59,878 nt of DNA from Bacilli bacterium (GTDB lineage Bacteria > Bacillota_I > Bacilli_A > RF39 > UBA660), in NCBI GenBank assembly GCA_051872655.1, contig JBJEEB010000005.1:1-59878 (forward strand), in the 5' to 3' direction. A program made the translations under genes and the position numbers. Below, one piece after another: positions 49,586 to 59,878 of the stretch. The notes beneath the pieces were generated by a model. The model saw only the letters and a program-made list of their open reading frames with translations. It was not told the origin of the DNA and did not search any database. Position 1 is the first letter of the stretch. Each line of letters starts with the position of its first letter.

Positions 49586-51460
49586 GTGAACTATACTAAT
49601 AGAGAAGTAGTAAGAAGATTGAAACAATATGATATGTTTTTGAATAGTTTAGAGTTAACTAATGATAGTCTTCAGAGAGAAAGAATATGTGATCAGTTAG
49701 ATAAAATAGAAAAACAAATACTATTAGAGACTAATACTGAGTATGAAGAAGAATATATGGCTTTAATTAGTGAAGAGCCAAAGTTATTTTCCGAGGAAAA
49801 AGCACGTCTTAGAAGTATTATATCTTTAATTGAAAATAGAAAAAAATACTTAGAGGAAAGAAAATTAAAACATAAAAAAATAACTGGTTCACTAGTGGAA
49901 TTGACTACTTTTCTTGGTGAAGATAAATTACTAGACTTTAAGAATAGACTTAGAATAATAGAAAAATATGAAGATAATAAAGCTAAACAAGAGAAGATAA
50001 TTAGAGAAATGAAATCTCTTGATATAAAGATTAGTGAGGCTTCACGTAATGTTAAAGCTAATACTAGATTAAATGATAGTTTAGAAAATAAAATGATTAA
50101 AAAAGTAGGAGATGCTTTAGAAGAATTAGATTTGTATGCTTTAGTTGAACAAAAAAATGATATTACTATGAAACAAGAGACTCTTAAGTATGCTCTTGAT
50201 ATGGCTAAAGATAATTTAAAGAAAGCTAGGTCTTTAGGAGATGCTTCAACTATATTAGAGTGTGATAGTATGTTATCAGAAATAACTATTGAATATTCTA
50301 AATATAATGAAGAATTAAATATATTAAAATTAATTGATATTTATGATAAGACAGTTTCTAGTTATGATGAATTACTTTCTAAGAGAGAAAAAATGGATAA
50401 TATATTAAAAAATATTAGTGAAAGTGAACTATATAGAAAAATTAATGATGAATTATCTAAACAGTATAATACTATTAAATTAGAAAAAAGAGATATAGAA
50501 ACTTATGAGTCATTGAAAAATGAAAGAGAAATTAAAAATAGGACTTTATATGATATTGATGAAGAAAATAATTCTAAAGAATTTAAACTTGTTCTTAGCG
50601 AGTTAATTAGAAATGAAGATAGAATTAAAGAGGAAAAAATAAGACTTGCTAAAAGAAATGAATTTAATGAAAGACAAAAGAGAATAGCGGAAGAACAAAA
50701 GATTGAAGCTGCTAGAGTTAGAAGACAAAAACTAATTGAAGAAGCTAGATTAAAGGAACAACTAGAAAGTACAGAGAGACTTAAGAAACTACAAGAAGAA
50801 ACTGTTATTAGTCCTATAAAAGAAGAAAAAGAAGAAAATTTGAAAATATCTAATCCTCTTAAAGGAAAATCATTTGATGATGTTATTTTGAATAATGATT
50901 TTGATACTGATGAATTATTTGGTAAAACTAAACTTGTTCCTAATAAAGTAGATACATCTGATGTAGAAGACTTAAAAATGGTAGAGGAAGTAAAAAAATC
51001 TGATGAGGAAGTACCATTATGGGAGCCTTCGGTTGATGATAGTTTTAGTTCTAATGAGTTATCTTTAAGTGATAAAATAGATGAAAATGCTAGAGATAAT
51101 GATGAAAAACTAACTAGTTTATATTTTGATGATAATAGTTTACCTAAAGTATCTGATTTTGTAGATGAGGAAAAAGTAGAAGATTTATTTAAAGAAGAAG
51201 ATAATAAGGTGGATTTGGATATTGATGGTAATAAAGAAGAAAGAAATGCTAGTAATAGTATATATGATATATTAGAAAATAATAAAAATATTATTTGGAA
51301 GAGTACTGATACTAGTAATAAAATCAATAATGGATCTATACCAGTAATTGGAAATAATAATTTAAAGCCTGAGATACTTGGAAGTAGTAAAGCTCAAGAT
51401 TTGTCATTTCCAGATATGAATAAAAAGGAAGGTGAAATATTATGGAAGGAAACAATGTAA
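49586..51460 (+). CDS. Coiled-coil protein with acidic low-complexity tail (paralog 1)
   Basis: Extended E/K/L heptads; no Walker motif; Trp/Pro motifs in the tail. Confidence 0.75.
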   Translation: MNYTNREVVRRLKQYDMFLNSLELTNDSLQRERICDQLDKIEKQILLETNTEYEEEYMALISEEPKLFSEEKARLRSIISLIENRKKYLEERKLKHKKITGSLVELTTFLGEDKLLDFKNRLRIIEKYEDNKAKQEKIIREMKSLDIKISEASRNVKANTRLNDSLENKMIKKVGDALEELDLYALVEQKNDITMKQETLKYALDMAKDNLKKARSLGDASTILECDSMLSEITIEYSKYNEELNILKLIDIYDKTVSSYDELLSKREKMDNILKNISESELYRKINDELSKQYNTIKLEKRDIETYESLKNEREIKNRTLYDIDEENNSKEFKLVLSELIRNEDRIKEEKIRLAKRNEFNERQKRIAEEQKIEAARVRRQKLIEEARLKEQLESTERLKKLQEETVISPIKEEKEENLKISNPLKGKSFDDVILNNDFDTDELFGKTKLVPNKVDTSDVEDLKMVEEVKKSDEEVPLWEPSVDDSFSSNELSLSDKIDENARDNDEKLTSLYFDDNSLPKVSDFVDEEKVEDLFKEEDNKVDLDIDGNKEERNASNSIYDILENNKNIIWKSTDTSNKINNGSIPVIGNNNLKPEILGSSKAQDLSFPDMNKKEGEILWKETM

Positions 51461-53232
51461 AGTCTTTTGAAAATTTATGTAAAATATTTGAAATGCGTAT
51501 TAAATTAGATAAAGAAAAAAAGATTAAAACTCCTAGTGATGTTTTAATTAATTATGAAAAATATGCTAAGAAAATAGATAATATATATAATGAAGAATTT
51601 GAAAAAGAAATAAGACCATTAATTACACCTTCAAAAACTATTGAAGAAGAAAAAGAAAGATTAGAAAATTTAATTAAGTTACTTGAAGATAGATTAGATA
51701 AAAGAAATGATTTAGAGGATAGATATTATATTGCTACTGGTGATTATATATCTGGACTTCAGGTTATAATATCTGATAAGGAATTGGATGAAAAAAGACA
51801 AAGACTTAGTCTGATTAACAGATATTTGGAAACCAATAGTGAAATTGATAGTGTTCATGATAATATAGCTAAATTAAAAGTGCTACTTAGTGAAGAAGAA
51901 GAAAAGAAAGAAGATTATAAGACTAAGAATCAAATTATGGAAGATGACTTATATACCGAATTTATGAAGGTTATAAAAGAAGATTCTTCATTTAATAATA
52001 TTACAGAGGATAATGTTGATGATGAACTTAATAATATTATATCAATAGTTAAAGAAAGTAAGGAAACACTTGATGTAACTAGAGAAAGTGTTAAGAATTT
52101 AATTAATAATGGTTTAGAAGATGATTATACTTCTTATGTAAATGAAGCTGAAAAAAGTTATTTTGTTGTAAAAAATAAAGAACTATATTTAAAACTATAT
52201 AGATTAGTTGTTAATTTTGAGGATGATTTTAATAGTATATTTGTTAAGAGAGATAATATTAAGGAACTTATTGAAGAAAGAAAAGATTTGAGAAGAGATC
52301 TTGGTATTACTGATATTGATGAATTATTATCTTTTGAAAAGAAAATATTGGAACAAATTGATATTATTAATAATGAAAAGAAAGTACTTGAGAATATTTC
52401 TAATTATACTAGTAGAATTGAGTTTAAAGAAAATAGATTAGAGGAACTTGAAAATGATAATAATTCGGTTGAGATACTTTCTATATTAAGAGAATTTCAT
52501 TTGATTGATACTTATGATAATCATGATGAGGTTTTAGATACTTCTGAAGAGTCTCAAGATGAAGAAAAAAATGAAGATGTTTCTGAAGATAGTGTAATTA
52601 AAGATTTTATTGATCCTTATAGAATTAAAGAGATAAAGGAAGCACCATTGACGCTTAATTTGGGTCTTGCTAAACTTAAGGGTGAGGCAGTAAGAGAAAA
52701 AGTTAATAAGAAATTAAATCCTAAACCTATATCTTTTGATGATGTACTATCTAATGATAATAATGTTTATCTTGAAAAAAATAATGACGATATAAAGGAA
52801 CCTTTAATTTGGGAATTACCTAAATCTAATGAACTAGATAGTTTAACTGGTGATTTAACTGATACTAATAAAAATAAAGTTGATGAGGTTTCTATAGTTA
52901 ATGATGTGAAAGAAGAAACTCCAATTTGGAATGTTCCGAGTGATGCAGAAGCATTACCTAATCAAAGTATAAATAATCCTATTCCTTTATGGGAAAATAT
53001 TCAACCTAAATTTAATGATGTAAGTAATAATATGAGTAATAATAATCAAGAATTGTCTAGTATTGATATTACTTCTAGTAATGAAAGTAGTGTTTCTGAT
53101 AGTAGTCCTTTTTGGATACCTGTATCTGATGAAAAATTAGAAACCAGTTCTTTTCCAAATATAAATATTCCTATAACTGATAATTTATCTAGTAATGATA
53201 ATTTTGGTTTTCCAGATTTAAATAATAATTAG
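51442..53232 (+). CDS. Coiled-coil protein with acidic low-complexity tail (paralog 2)
   Basis: EEEKERLENLIKLLEDR aligns with paralog 1 SEEKARLRSIISLIENR. Confidence 0.75.
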   Translation: MEGNNVKSFENLCKIFEMRIKLDKEKKIKTPSDVLINYEKYAKKIDNIYNEEFEKEIRPLITPSKTIEEEKERLENLIKLLEDRLDKRNDLEDRYYIATGDYISGLQVIISDKELDEKRQRLSLINRYLETNSEIDSVHDNIAKLKVLLSEEEEKKEDYKTKNQIMEDDLYTEFMKVIKEDSSFNNITEDNVDDELNNIISIVKESKETLDVTRESVKNLINNGLEDDYTSYVNEAEKSYFVVKNKELYLKLYRLVVNFEDDFNSIFVKRDNIKELIEERKDLRRDLGITDIDELLSFEKKILEQIDIINNEKKVLENISNYTSRIEFKENRLEELENDNNSVEILSILREFHLIDTYDNHDEVLDTSEESQDEEKNEDVSEDSVIKDFIDPYRIKEIKEAPLTLNLGLAKLKGEAVREKVNKKLNPKPISFDDVLSNDNNVYLEKNNDDIKEPLIWELPKSNELDSLTGDLTDTNKNKVDEVSIVNDVKEETPIWNVPSDAEALPNQSINNPIPLWENIQPKFNDVSNNMSNNNQELSSIDITSSNESSVSDSSPFWIPVSDEKLETSSFPNINIPITDNLSSNDNFGFPDLNNN

Positions 53233-53241
53233 GAGGATATT

Positions 53242-53484
53242 ATGTTAAATGTTAATAAAGTGATTATTCTTGAAAATAATGAAGAATATTTAGTTCTTGA
53301 CAAAGTTAAATATAATGATAATGAATATTATTATATTGCAAGAGTTAATAGTACTGAAACTGATATTGAAAATGATTACAAATTGGTAACCGTTGAAGAA
53401 AGAGATAATAATAAAGTTATTTCTGAAGTTACTGGTGAAGATAAACTTAAAGAAATACTTCCTTTATTTGAGAATAATATATAA
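53242..53484 (+). CDS. DUF1292-like small acidic protein
   Basis: EEYLVLDKVKYNDNEYYYI...VTGED.LKEILPLF pattern. Confidence 0.55.
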   Translation: MLNVNKVIILENNEEYLVLDKVKYNDNEYYYIARVNSTETDIENDYKLVTVEERDNNKVISEVTGEDKLKEILPLFENNI

Positions 53485-53513
53485 ATAATAAAACCTTAGA
53501 TTTTCTAAGGCTT

Positions 53514-53720
53514 TTATCTATATTTTTCTAATTTAAATGGATTTGGTATAATGTCATATCCTTTTTTTGCTATTTCATAAATTACTTCATTTAGTAATTC
53601 ATCACTATATGTAATATTTAATTTTTTTAATATTTCATTTAATACTTTTAACCATGATAATTTATCTTTATTGTTATAATTAATTAATTCTGTTACTATT
53701 TGTTCAATATTATTATTCAT
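53514..53720 (-). CDS. Small hypothetical protein
   Basis: RBS gagggtg; 68 aa. Confidence 0.55.
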   Translation of the reverse strand: MNNNIEQIVTELINYNNKDKLSWLKVLNEILKKLNITYSDELLNEVIYEIAKKGYDIIPNPFKLEKYR

Positions 53721-53856
53721 TATGTCACCCTCTATAGAGAGTATATTATAAATATATAATAAAATATGTAACCAAATAGGTTACATTTACTTATATTTTT
53801 CCTTATTTACTTATATTCTTTTATTTGGTATAATTAATTAGGATGGTGTTAGATAT

Positions 53857-54564
53857 ATGGATTATATTTCTATTGATAATTTTGAAGGACCTCTTGATTT
53901 ACTTCTTCATTTAGTAAAAGAATCTAATATTGATATATGTGATATTAAGATAGATGAAATTACTGATAAGTATTTGGATTATATTAGGAAGCAAGATGAA
54001 CTTAATATTAATATTTCTTCTTCTTATTTAGTTATGGCTTCAGAACTTATGTATATTAAATCTAAATCTTTGTTACCAGTAATTAAAGATGATAATGAAA
54101 ATGATGAAGAAGAATTAACAAGAGAAAATTTAATTAATAAATTGATAGAATATAAAAAGTATAAAGAAATTACTCCTACTTTTAAGAAGTTAGAAGAAGA
54201 TAGAAAGAATATTTATATTAAGGCTCCTGAAAAAGTTAGAGAATATACTGATAATCATGAATATGGAGTATTATCTAGTAGTGATTTACTTGAGGCCTTT
54301 AAGAAATTTTTAGAAAGAAAAGAAAAAGAAAAACCTCTTAGTACTACTGTTACTAATAAAGAGTATTCTGTTAGAGATAGAAAGAAAAGTATTATAAATA
54401 TTTTACATAGTAAAAAAAGGGCATACTTAGATGATTTAATTGAGGAATTTAATAGGCCATATTTAGTGGTTACTTTTCTTGGTATACTTGAGATGGTAAA
54501 AGAAAAAGAAGTTATTATTAAGCAAGATAGGAATTTTGATAAGATTCTTATAGAATTGAGGTAA
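53857..54564 (+). CDS. scpA: Segregation and condensation protein A
   Basis: FEGPLDLLLHLV, YLVMASEL..IKSK.LLP, VVTFLGILEM. Confidence 0.95.
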   Translation: MDYISIDNFEGPLDLLLHLVKESNIDICDIKIDEITDKYLDYIRKQDELNINISSSYLVMASELMYIKSKSLLPVIKDDNENDEEELTRENLINKLIEYKKYKEITPTFKKLEEDRKNIYIKAPEKVREYTDNHEYGVLSSSDLLEAFKKFLERKEKEKPLSTTVTNKEYSVRDRKKSIINILHSKKRAYLDDLIEEFNRPYLVVTFLGILEMVKEKEVIIKQDRNFDKILIELR

Positions 54565-54567
54565 AGT

Positions 54568-55146
54568 ATGGAAGCTATTATAGAAGGTCTTTTATATGTT
54601 CAAGGAGATATTGGTCTTACTATAAAAGATATTATGAATATATTAGAAATTGATGAAGATACTGCAAAAAGGGCGGTTCTTAGTTTAAAAAATTACTATG
54701 ATGAGAATAAAAGGGGACTTAGAATTAATTTTTTGGGTAATACTATTAAACTTACTACAAGAGAAGAACATAAGGAATATTATGCAAAATTATTAGAGAA
54801 TACTAGTAGTAATGGTTTATCTAATTCAGCGATTGAGACACTGGCAGTTATTGCTTATAATGAACCAATTACTAGAGGTGAAGTTGATGCTTTTAGAGGT
54901 GTTGATTCTTCTTATGTTATGAGAAGACTTTTAGCTAAAGGTTTAATTAAAGAATGTGGTAAATCTGATGCTCCTGGTAGACCTATTTTGTATAAGACTA
55001 CTGATGAATTTTTAGATTATTTTGGTCTTGCTTCAAAGGAAGATTTACCTAGTATAGAGATGTTAACAGAGGATAAGGAAGAAAAAGATTTATACACATC
55101 AATTTATAAGGAGGGGGATACTTATGGAAGAGAGAGTAGTAACTAA
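54568..55146 (+). CDS. scpB: Segregation and condensation protein B
   Basis: [32 protein letters not shown]. Confidence 0.95.
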   Translation: MEAIIEGLLYVQGDIGLTIKDIMNILEIDEDTAKRAVLSLKNYYDENKRGLRINFLGNTIKLTTREEHKEYYAKLLENTSSNGLSNSAIETLAVIAYNEPITRGEVDAFRGVDSSYVMRRLLAKGLIKECGKSDAPGRPILYKTTDEFLDYFGLASKEDLPSIEMLTEDKEEKDLYTSIYKEGDTYGRESSN

Positions 55147-56110
55147 TATAGAACTTGATGAAGATAAGGATAATAGTATTAGACCTAGTACTTTGGAAGA
55201 GTATGTTGGTCAAAGTGAAATTAAAGAAAATTTAAATGTATTTATTAAATCTTCTCTTATGAGAGGAGAAAGTTTAGATCATATTTTATTATATGGTCCT
55301 CCAGGACTTGGAAAAACTACACTTGCTTATATTATTGCTAATGAACTTGGTACTAACATTAAAACTGCTAGTGGACCATCGATAGAGAAAACAGGCGATT
55401 TGGCCGCAATACTTTCTACTTTAGAAGAGGGTGATGTTTTATTTATTGATGAGATACATAGAATACCTAGATATATTGAAGAGGTATTGTATCCTGCTAT
55501 GGAAGATTTTTATCTTGATATAGTGGTAGGAAGTGAAGGCTCTTCAAGGAATATTAAGATTAATTTACCTCATTTTACTTTGGTAGGTGCTACTACTAGA
55601 GCGGGTGATTTATCTAGTCCTTTAAGAGATAGATTTGGTATTATTGCTAAACTTAATTATTATACTGAAGAAGAGTTATATAGAATTATTAAAAGAACTA
55701 GTAGAGTTTTAGATACTCCTATTACTGATGATGCTGCTAGAGAATTAGCAAGAAGAAGTAGAGGTACTCCAAGAATTGCTAATAGATTATTTAAAAGAGT
55801 AAGAGATTTTGCCTTAGTCTATGGTGATGGTATTATTAATGAAGATATATTAACTACTTCATTAGATAGATTAAAAGTAGATAAAACTGGGTTAGATGAA
55901 ACTGATAGACTACTTCTTACTGCAATTATTGAAAGATTTAATGGGGGACCAGTTGGACTTGAAGCACTTGCTTCATCTATTGGAGAAGAAGCTTCTACCA
56001 TTGAAGATGTATATGAACCTTATTTATTACAACATGGGTATTTAAAGAGAACTACAAGAGGTAGAATGGTTACTGATAAGACTTATGAATATTTGGGAAT
56101 AGAGAGATAA
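55124..56110 (+). CDS. ruvB: Holliday junction branch migration helicase RuvB
   Basis: [44 protein letters not shown]. Confidence 0.97.
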   Translation: MEERVVTNIELDEDKDNSIRPSTLEEYVGQSEIKENLNVFIKSSLMRGESLDHILLYGPPGLGKTTLAYIIANELGTNIKTASGPSIEKTGDLAAILSTLEEGDVLFIDEIHRIPRYIEEVLYPAMEDFYLDIVVGSEGSSRNIKINLPHFTLVGATTRAGDLSSPLRDRFGIIAKLNYYTEEELYRIIKRTSRVLDTPITDDAARELARRSRGTPRIANRLFKRVRDFALVYGDGIINEDILTTSLDRLKVDKTGLDETDRLLLTAIIERFNGGPVGLEALASSIGEEASTIEDVYEPYLLQHGYLKRTTRGRMVTDKTYEYLGIER

Positions 56111-56136
56111 ATACAGTATGGCTATCGTTAGATCAA

Positions 56137-56991
56137 ATGGCAAGATTATTTGACAGGGATAAATCTGTTATTTCAAGACATATTAAAAATATATTAAGAG
56201 AAGAATTGAATAATGAAGTGGTTGTTGCAAATTTTGCAACAACTGCTAAAGATGGTAAAACTTATCAAGTCGATTATTATAATTTAGATATGATAATTTC
56301 AGTTGGTTATCGTGTTAATAGTAAACAAGGTATAATATTTAGAAAATGGGCTAATAAAGTATTGAAAGATTATATAATAAATGGATATGCAGTTAATCAA
56401 AAAAGATTAGAATATCTTGAAAAAACAATTAAATTAATTGATATTGCAGGAAGAATTGATACTGAATTAAAAGGTAATGAGGCGCAAGATATAATTAAAG
56501 TTATAAATTATTATTCTAATGCTTTAAATTTACTTGATGATTATGATTATAAAAGAATATCTAAACCTAAGGGAACTATTGATAATAAAAAAATAACTTA
56601 TGAAAATTGCATTAATGTTATTGATAAATTAAAGTTTAATAGCGATAGTGATTTATTTGCACTTGAAAGAAATAATGGATTAAAAGAAATTATAGGTACT
56701 ATTTATGCTTCTTTTGATGGAAAAGACTTATATCTTACAATAGAAGAAAAAGCTGCAAATTTTTTATATTTAATAACTAAAAATCATGTATTTATAGATG
56801 GTAATAAGAGAATTGCGGCAACTTTATTTATATATTTTTTAGATTTTTATAATTTACTGTATACTGAAAATGGACAAGTTATTGATAATAATACTTTGGT
56901 TGCTGTAACAATACTAATAGCACAGTCTAATCCAAAAGAAAAGGATATATTAATTGATTTGGTAATGAATTTCTTAAGAAATGATAAATAG
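56137..56991 (+). CDS. RhuM-Fic/Doc fusion protein, apparently 5' truncated
   Basis: MARLFDRDKSVISRHIKNI, YNLDMIISVGYRVNS (RhuM); NHVFIDGNKR (Doc-type Fic). Upstream in-frame TVWLSLDQ begins at the ruvB stop. Confidence 0.85.
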   Translation: MARLFDRDKSVISRHIKNILREELNNEVVVANFATTAKDGKTYQVDYYNLDMIISVGYRVNSKQGIIFRKWANKVLKDYIINGYAVNQKRLEYLEKTIKLIDIAGRIDTELKGNEAQDIIKVINYYSNALNLLDDYDYKRISKPKGTIDNKKITYENCINVIDKLKFNSDSDLFALERNNGLKEIIGTIYASFDGKDLYLTIEEKAANFLYLITKNHVFIDGNKRIAATLFIYFLDFYNLLYTENGQVIDNNTLVAVTILIAQSNPKEKDILIDLVMNFLRNDK

Positions 56992-57151
56992 TATTTAAGA
57001 ATAAAAAAATAATGTTTTGGGTAAAATTTAATTATAGTTGTGAAATAATTAAATTATTTTATATTAAAGTGATATTACTTAATAATTTATATACAAAAAA
57101 TATCATAAATTACTTTACAAAAGATAAAATATATTGTATTATTAATATGTT

Positions 57152-57197
57152 CCTTGAACTTTGTTATCGGTACCTCTTACCATGACTAGGTTTAGGG
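57152..57197 (+). ncRNA. Ribosomal protein S15 autoregulatory leader (hairpin core)
   Basis: ccttgaactt/aggtttaggg, gttat/atgac and ggta/tacc stacked stems between a TTTACA-17-TATTAT promoter and the rpsO RBS. Confidence 0.65.
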
Positions 57198-57224
57198 TGA
57201 AAATATTGTAAGGAGGAAAATATA

Positions 57225-57494
57225 ATGGCTTTAAATAAAGAAGTTAAAACTAAGATCATTAAGGATTTTGCAAGAGATGAGAAAGATACAGGGTCTCCTG
57301 AAGTTCAAATTGCAATTTTAACTAATGAGATTAATGCTCTTACTGAACATTTAAAGAATAATAAGCAAGATAAGTCTTCTAAAAGAGGATTACTTATTAA
57401 AGTTGGTAAGAGAAGAAGTTTATTAAACTATCTTTTAAAAACTGATGTTAAGAGATATAGAGCAGTAGTTGAAAAACTAGGACTTAGAAAATAA
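57225..57494 (+). CDS. rpsO: 30S ribosomal protein S15
   Basis: [35 protein letters not shown]. Confidence 0.97.
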   Translation: MALNKEVKTKIIKDFARDEKDTGSPEVQIAILTNEINALTEHLKNNKQDKSSKRGLLIKVGKRRSLLNYLLKTDVKRYRAVVEKLGLRK

Positions 57495-57506
57495 ATATTT
57501 AAAAGT

Positions 57507-57531
57507 AGGCACTCTTTTTTGAGTGCCTTTA
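57507..57531 (+). terminator. Hairpin after rpsO
   Basis: aggcactc-T-loop-gagtgcct. Confidence 0.65.
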
Positions 57532-57565
57532 AATTAAGAAGATAATTAAAATTGGAGGTATAATA

Positions 57566-59704
57566 ATGGAAAAAAAAGTATTTGAGTTAGATTTTTATGG
57601 AAGGAAGATAGTAGTAGAGAATGGAGAACTTGCTAAACAAGCTGATGGTGCAGTACTAGTAAGATATGGTGATACTGTAGTACTCAGTACAGCAGTAGTT
57701 AGTAAAACCGCTAATTTATTATCTGATTTCTTTCCACTTATGGTTTTATATCAGGAAAAGTTATATTCTGTTGGTAAAATACCAGGTGGATTTATTAAAA
57801 GGGAAGGAAAGCCTACTGATGCTGCAACACTTGCTGCAAGAATGATTGATAGACCTCTTAGACCTTTATTTCCAGAGGATTTTAAGAATGAAGTTCAAAT
57901 TGTAAATACAGTATTATCTGTGGATCAAAATAATTCTCCGGAATTGACTGCACTTCTTGGTTCTTCTCTTGCAGTATCAATAAGTAAGATACCATTTAAT
58001 GGTCCAGTAGCAGCAGTTAAAGTTGGTAGAGTAGACGGTGAATTTGTTATTAATCCTACTGTAGAGGAAGCAGAAAAATCAGATATTGATTTAACAGTGG
58101 CTGGTACTTGTGATGCTATTAATATGGTTGAAGCAGGAGCAAGAGAGGTTTCTGAAGATGATATGCTTGAGGCTTTAATGTTTGGTCATGAGGCAATTAA
58201 GAAATTAATAGCTTTTGAAGAAGAGATAATTGCTTCAATAGGTCAAGAGACTATGGAATATGATAAGTTAGAAATAACTGATGAATTAAGAAATGAAGTA
58301 GATAATTACATTAGAGAAAGACTAGATAGTGCTCTTAGAATTAAAGATAAATTAGAAAAATATGCTGCTATTGATAATTTAGAAAATGAGGTAGTAGAGA
58401 AATATAAATTAGAAAACGAAGACACTATGAAAACTGATGAATTAAATGAATTACTTACTAAGGTTGCTTTAATTTTTCATAGTGTAGAGTATGAATTATT
58501 TAGAAATATTGTAGTTAAAGAAAAAACTAGAGCTGATGGTAGAAAGATGGATGAGATAAGACCATTATCTACAGACATTGATTTATTACCTAGATGTCAT
58601 GGTAGTGCATTATTTACAAGAGGACAAACTCAAAGTTTGGCTACAGTAACTTTAGGTGCTTTAGGTGAACATCAGATATTAGATGGTCTAGGAATTGAAG
58701 ATACTAAGAGATTTATGCTACATTATAATTTCCCTGCATTTTCAGTTGGTGAAACTGGTAGATATGGTGCTCCAGGTAGAAGAGAAATTGGTCATGGTGC
58801 ATTAGGAGAAAGAGCATTATCTTATGTTATTCCTAGCGAAGAAGAATTTCCTTATACTATAAGAGTAGTTAGTGAAATACTTGAAAGTAATGGTTCTAGT
58901 AGCCAAGCTACTATATGTGCTGGTACAATGGCACTTATGGCAGCAGGTGTTCCAATTAAAAAACCTGTTGCAGGAATAGCTATGGGACTTATTACTCATG
59001 AAGATGAATATACTATCCTTACTGATATACAAGGTATGGAAGATCATCTTGGTGATATGGATTTCAAAGTAGCAGGTACAAGAGATGGTATTACCGCTCT
59101 TCAAATGGATATTAAAATTGATGGTATTAATAGAAAAATATTAAAAGAAGCTTTAGCTCAGGCTAAAAAAGCTAGATTTGAAATACTAGATGTAATTGAA
59201 AAACAAATATCTAAACCTAGAGAAGATGTATCTAAGTATGCTCCTAAGACTGAGGTATTTATGATTAATCCAGATAAGATTAAAGATGTAATAGGTCGTG
59301 GTGGAGAAATGATTACTAAGATTATCTTAGAATGTAGTAATGTTAATACAGTTAATGATATTAATGCTGTTAAGGTTGATTTAGAAGATGATGGTAGAGT
59401 TATTATTTATCATAATGATAGAGATATTATTAATAAAACTGCTGAAAGAATTAAAAATATTGCTAGAGAAGTTGAATTTGGTAAAACTTATACTTGTAAA
59501 GTAGTAGATGTCGAAGATTTTGGTATTTTTGTAGAATTATGGCCTGGATGTGAAGGACTTATTCATGTTTCTCAACTTGATACTAAAAGAGTAGATAAAC
59601 CTAGTGATATGTTTAAAGTTGGAGATGAAGTAATAGCTATAGCTACTGGTTATGATAAAAAAGGTAAACTTAACTTATCTAGAAAAGAGTTATTAAAAAA
59701 ATAG
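57566..59704 (+). CDS. pnp: Polyribonucleotide nucleotidyltransferase
   Basis: [47 protein letters not shown] and S1 domains. Confidence 0.98.
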   Translation: MEKKVFELDFYGRKIVVENGELAKQADGAVLVRYGDTVVLSTAVVSKTANLLSDFFPLMVLYQEKLYSVGKIPGGFIKREGKPTDAATLAARMIDRPLRPLFPEDFKNEVQIVNTVLSVDQNNSPELTALLGSSLAVSISKIPFNGPVAAVKVGRVDGEFVINPTVEEAEKSDIDLTVAGTCDAINMVEAGAREVSEDDMLEALMFGHEAIKKLIAFEEEIIASIGQETMEYDKLEITDELRNEVDNYIRERLDSALRIKDKLEKYAAIDNLENEVVEKYKLENEDTMKTDELNELLTKVALIFHSVEYELFRNIVVKEKTRADGRKMDEIRPLSTDIDLLPRCHGSALFTRGQTQSLATVTLGALGEHQILDGLGIEDTKRFMLHYNFPAFSVGETGRYGAPGRREIGHGALGERALSYVIPSEEEFPYTIRVVSEILESNGSSSQATICAGTMALMAAGVPIKKPVAGIAMGLITHEDEYTILTDIQGMEDHLGDMDFKVAGTRDGITALQMDIKIDGINRKILKEALAQAKKARFEILDVIEKQISKPREDVSKYAPKTEVFMINPDKIKDVIGRGGEMITKIILECSNVNTVNDINAVKVDLEDDGRVIIYHNDRDIINKTAERIKNIAREVEFGKTYTCKVVDVEDFGIFVELWPGCEGLIHVSQLDTKRVDKPSDMFKVGDEVIAIATGYDKKGKLNLSRKELLKK

Positions 59705-59717
59705 CATAATTTTATAG

Positions 59718-59750
59718 TAAGACTTGGATTAAAATTCAAGTCTTTTCTAT
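59718..59750 (+). terminator. Intrinsic terminator after pnp
   Basis: aagacttgga-ttaaaa-ttcaagtctt. Confidence 0.6.
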
Positions 59751-59878
59751 AATAATATTGTAAAAATTAAATAATTATATTGTTAAAAAAATATATTTAT
59801 GGTAAAATTAGTTTGTAATAAAGAGTAAAGAAAGAAGGTGACCCCTTATGAAAATAGTAAATATTTTTGTTAACTCCA

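Noticed and set aside
56098-56110. RuvB ends GIER, like the ICE tail
   Set aside because: Lacks the leading Glu and acidic run, and is a core host enzyme; a single chance match.

Overview
Very AT-rich, code-11 Firmicute (Bacilli-like) chromosome segment in two halves. The left ~35.4 kb is dominated by an integrative conjugative element (ICE). It carries a phage ArpU/RinA-like regulator behind a complex leader, a thioester-domain adhesin plus sortase, SSB, and a minimal Gram-positive T4SS (VirB2/B6/B3/B4, M23 hydrolase, VirD4). It also has an oriT-like repeat region with two RHH auxiliaries and a MobL-type relaxase, an SOS-boxed UmuC/YolD pair, a 2125-aa ArdC-N/N6-methylase/SNF2 (DarB-like) protein and a terminal large serine recombinase. 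The left end of the ICE is not resolved, and the window opens inside an LPXTG surface-protein gene. The right ~24 kb is mostly host: P-type ATPase, tRNA-Ile2/tRNA-Leu, a LysR-coaE-coaD-MBL-PHP cluster, ZIP transporter, gerKA-KC-KB, two paralogous coiled-coil proteins, scpAB, ruvB, rhuM-fic, rpsO (with S15 leader) and pnp. The most notable observations are: a shared C-terminal E-[M/L/I/R]-[E/D]-R-stop tail on six ICE proteins (candidate T4SS translocation signal), a terminator/antiterminator switch in front of the virB genes, a uORF/hairpin attenuation leader before the ArpU-like gene, an IS3-OrfA-like gene embedded in the relaxosome operon, and duplicated promoter/terminator cassettes. All assignments come from motif recognition by eye; no searches were run.
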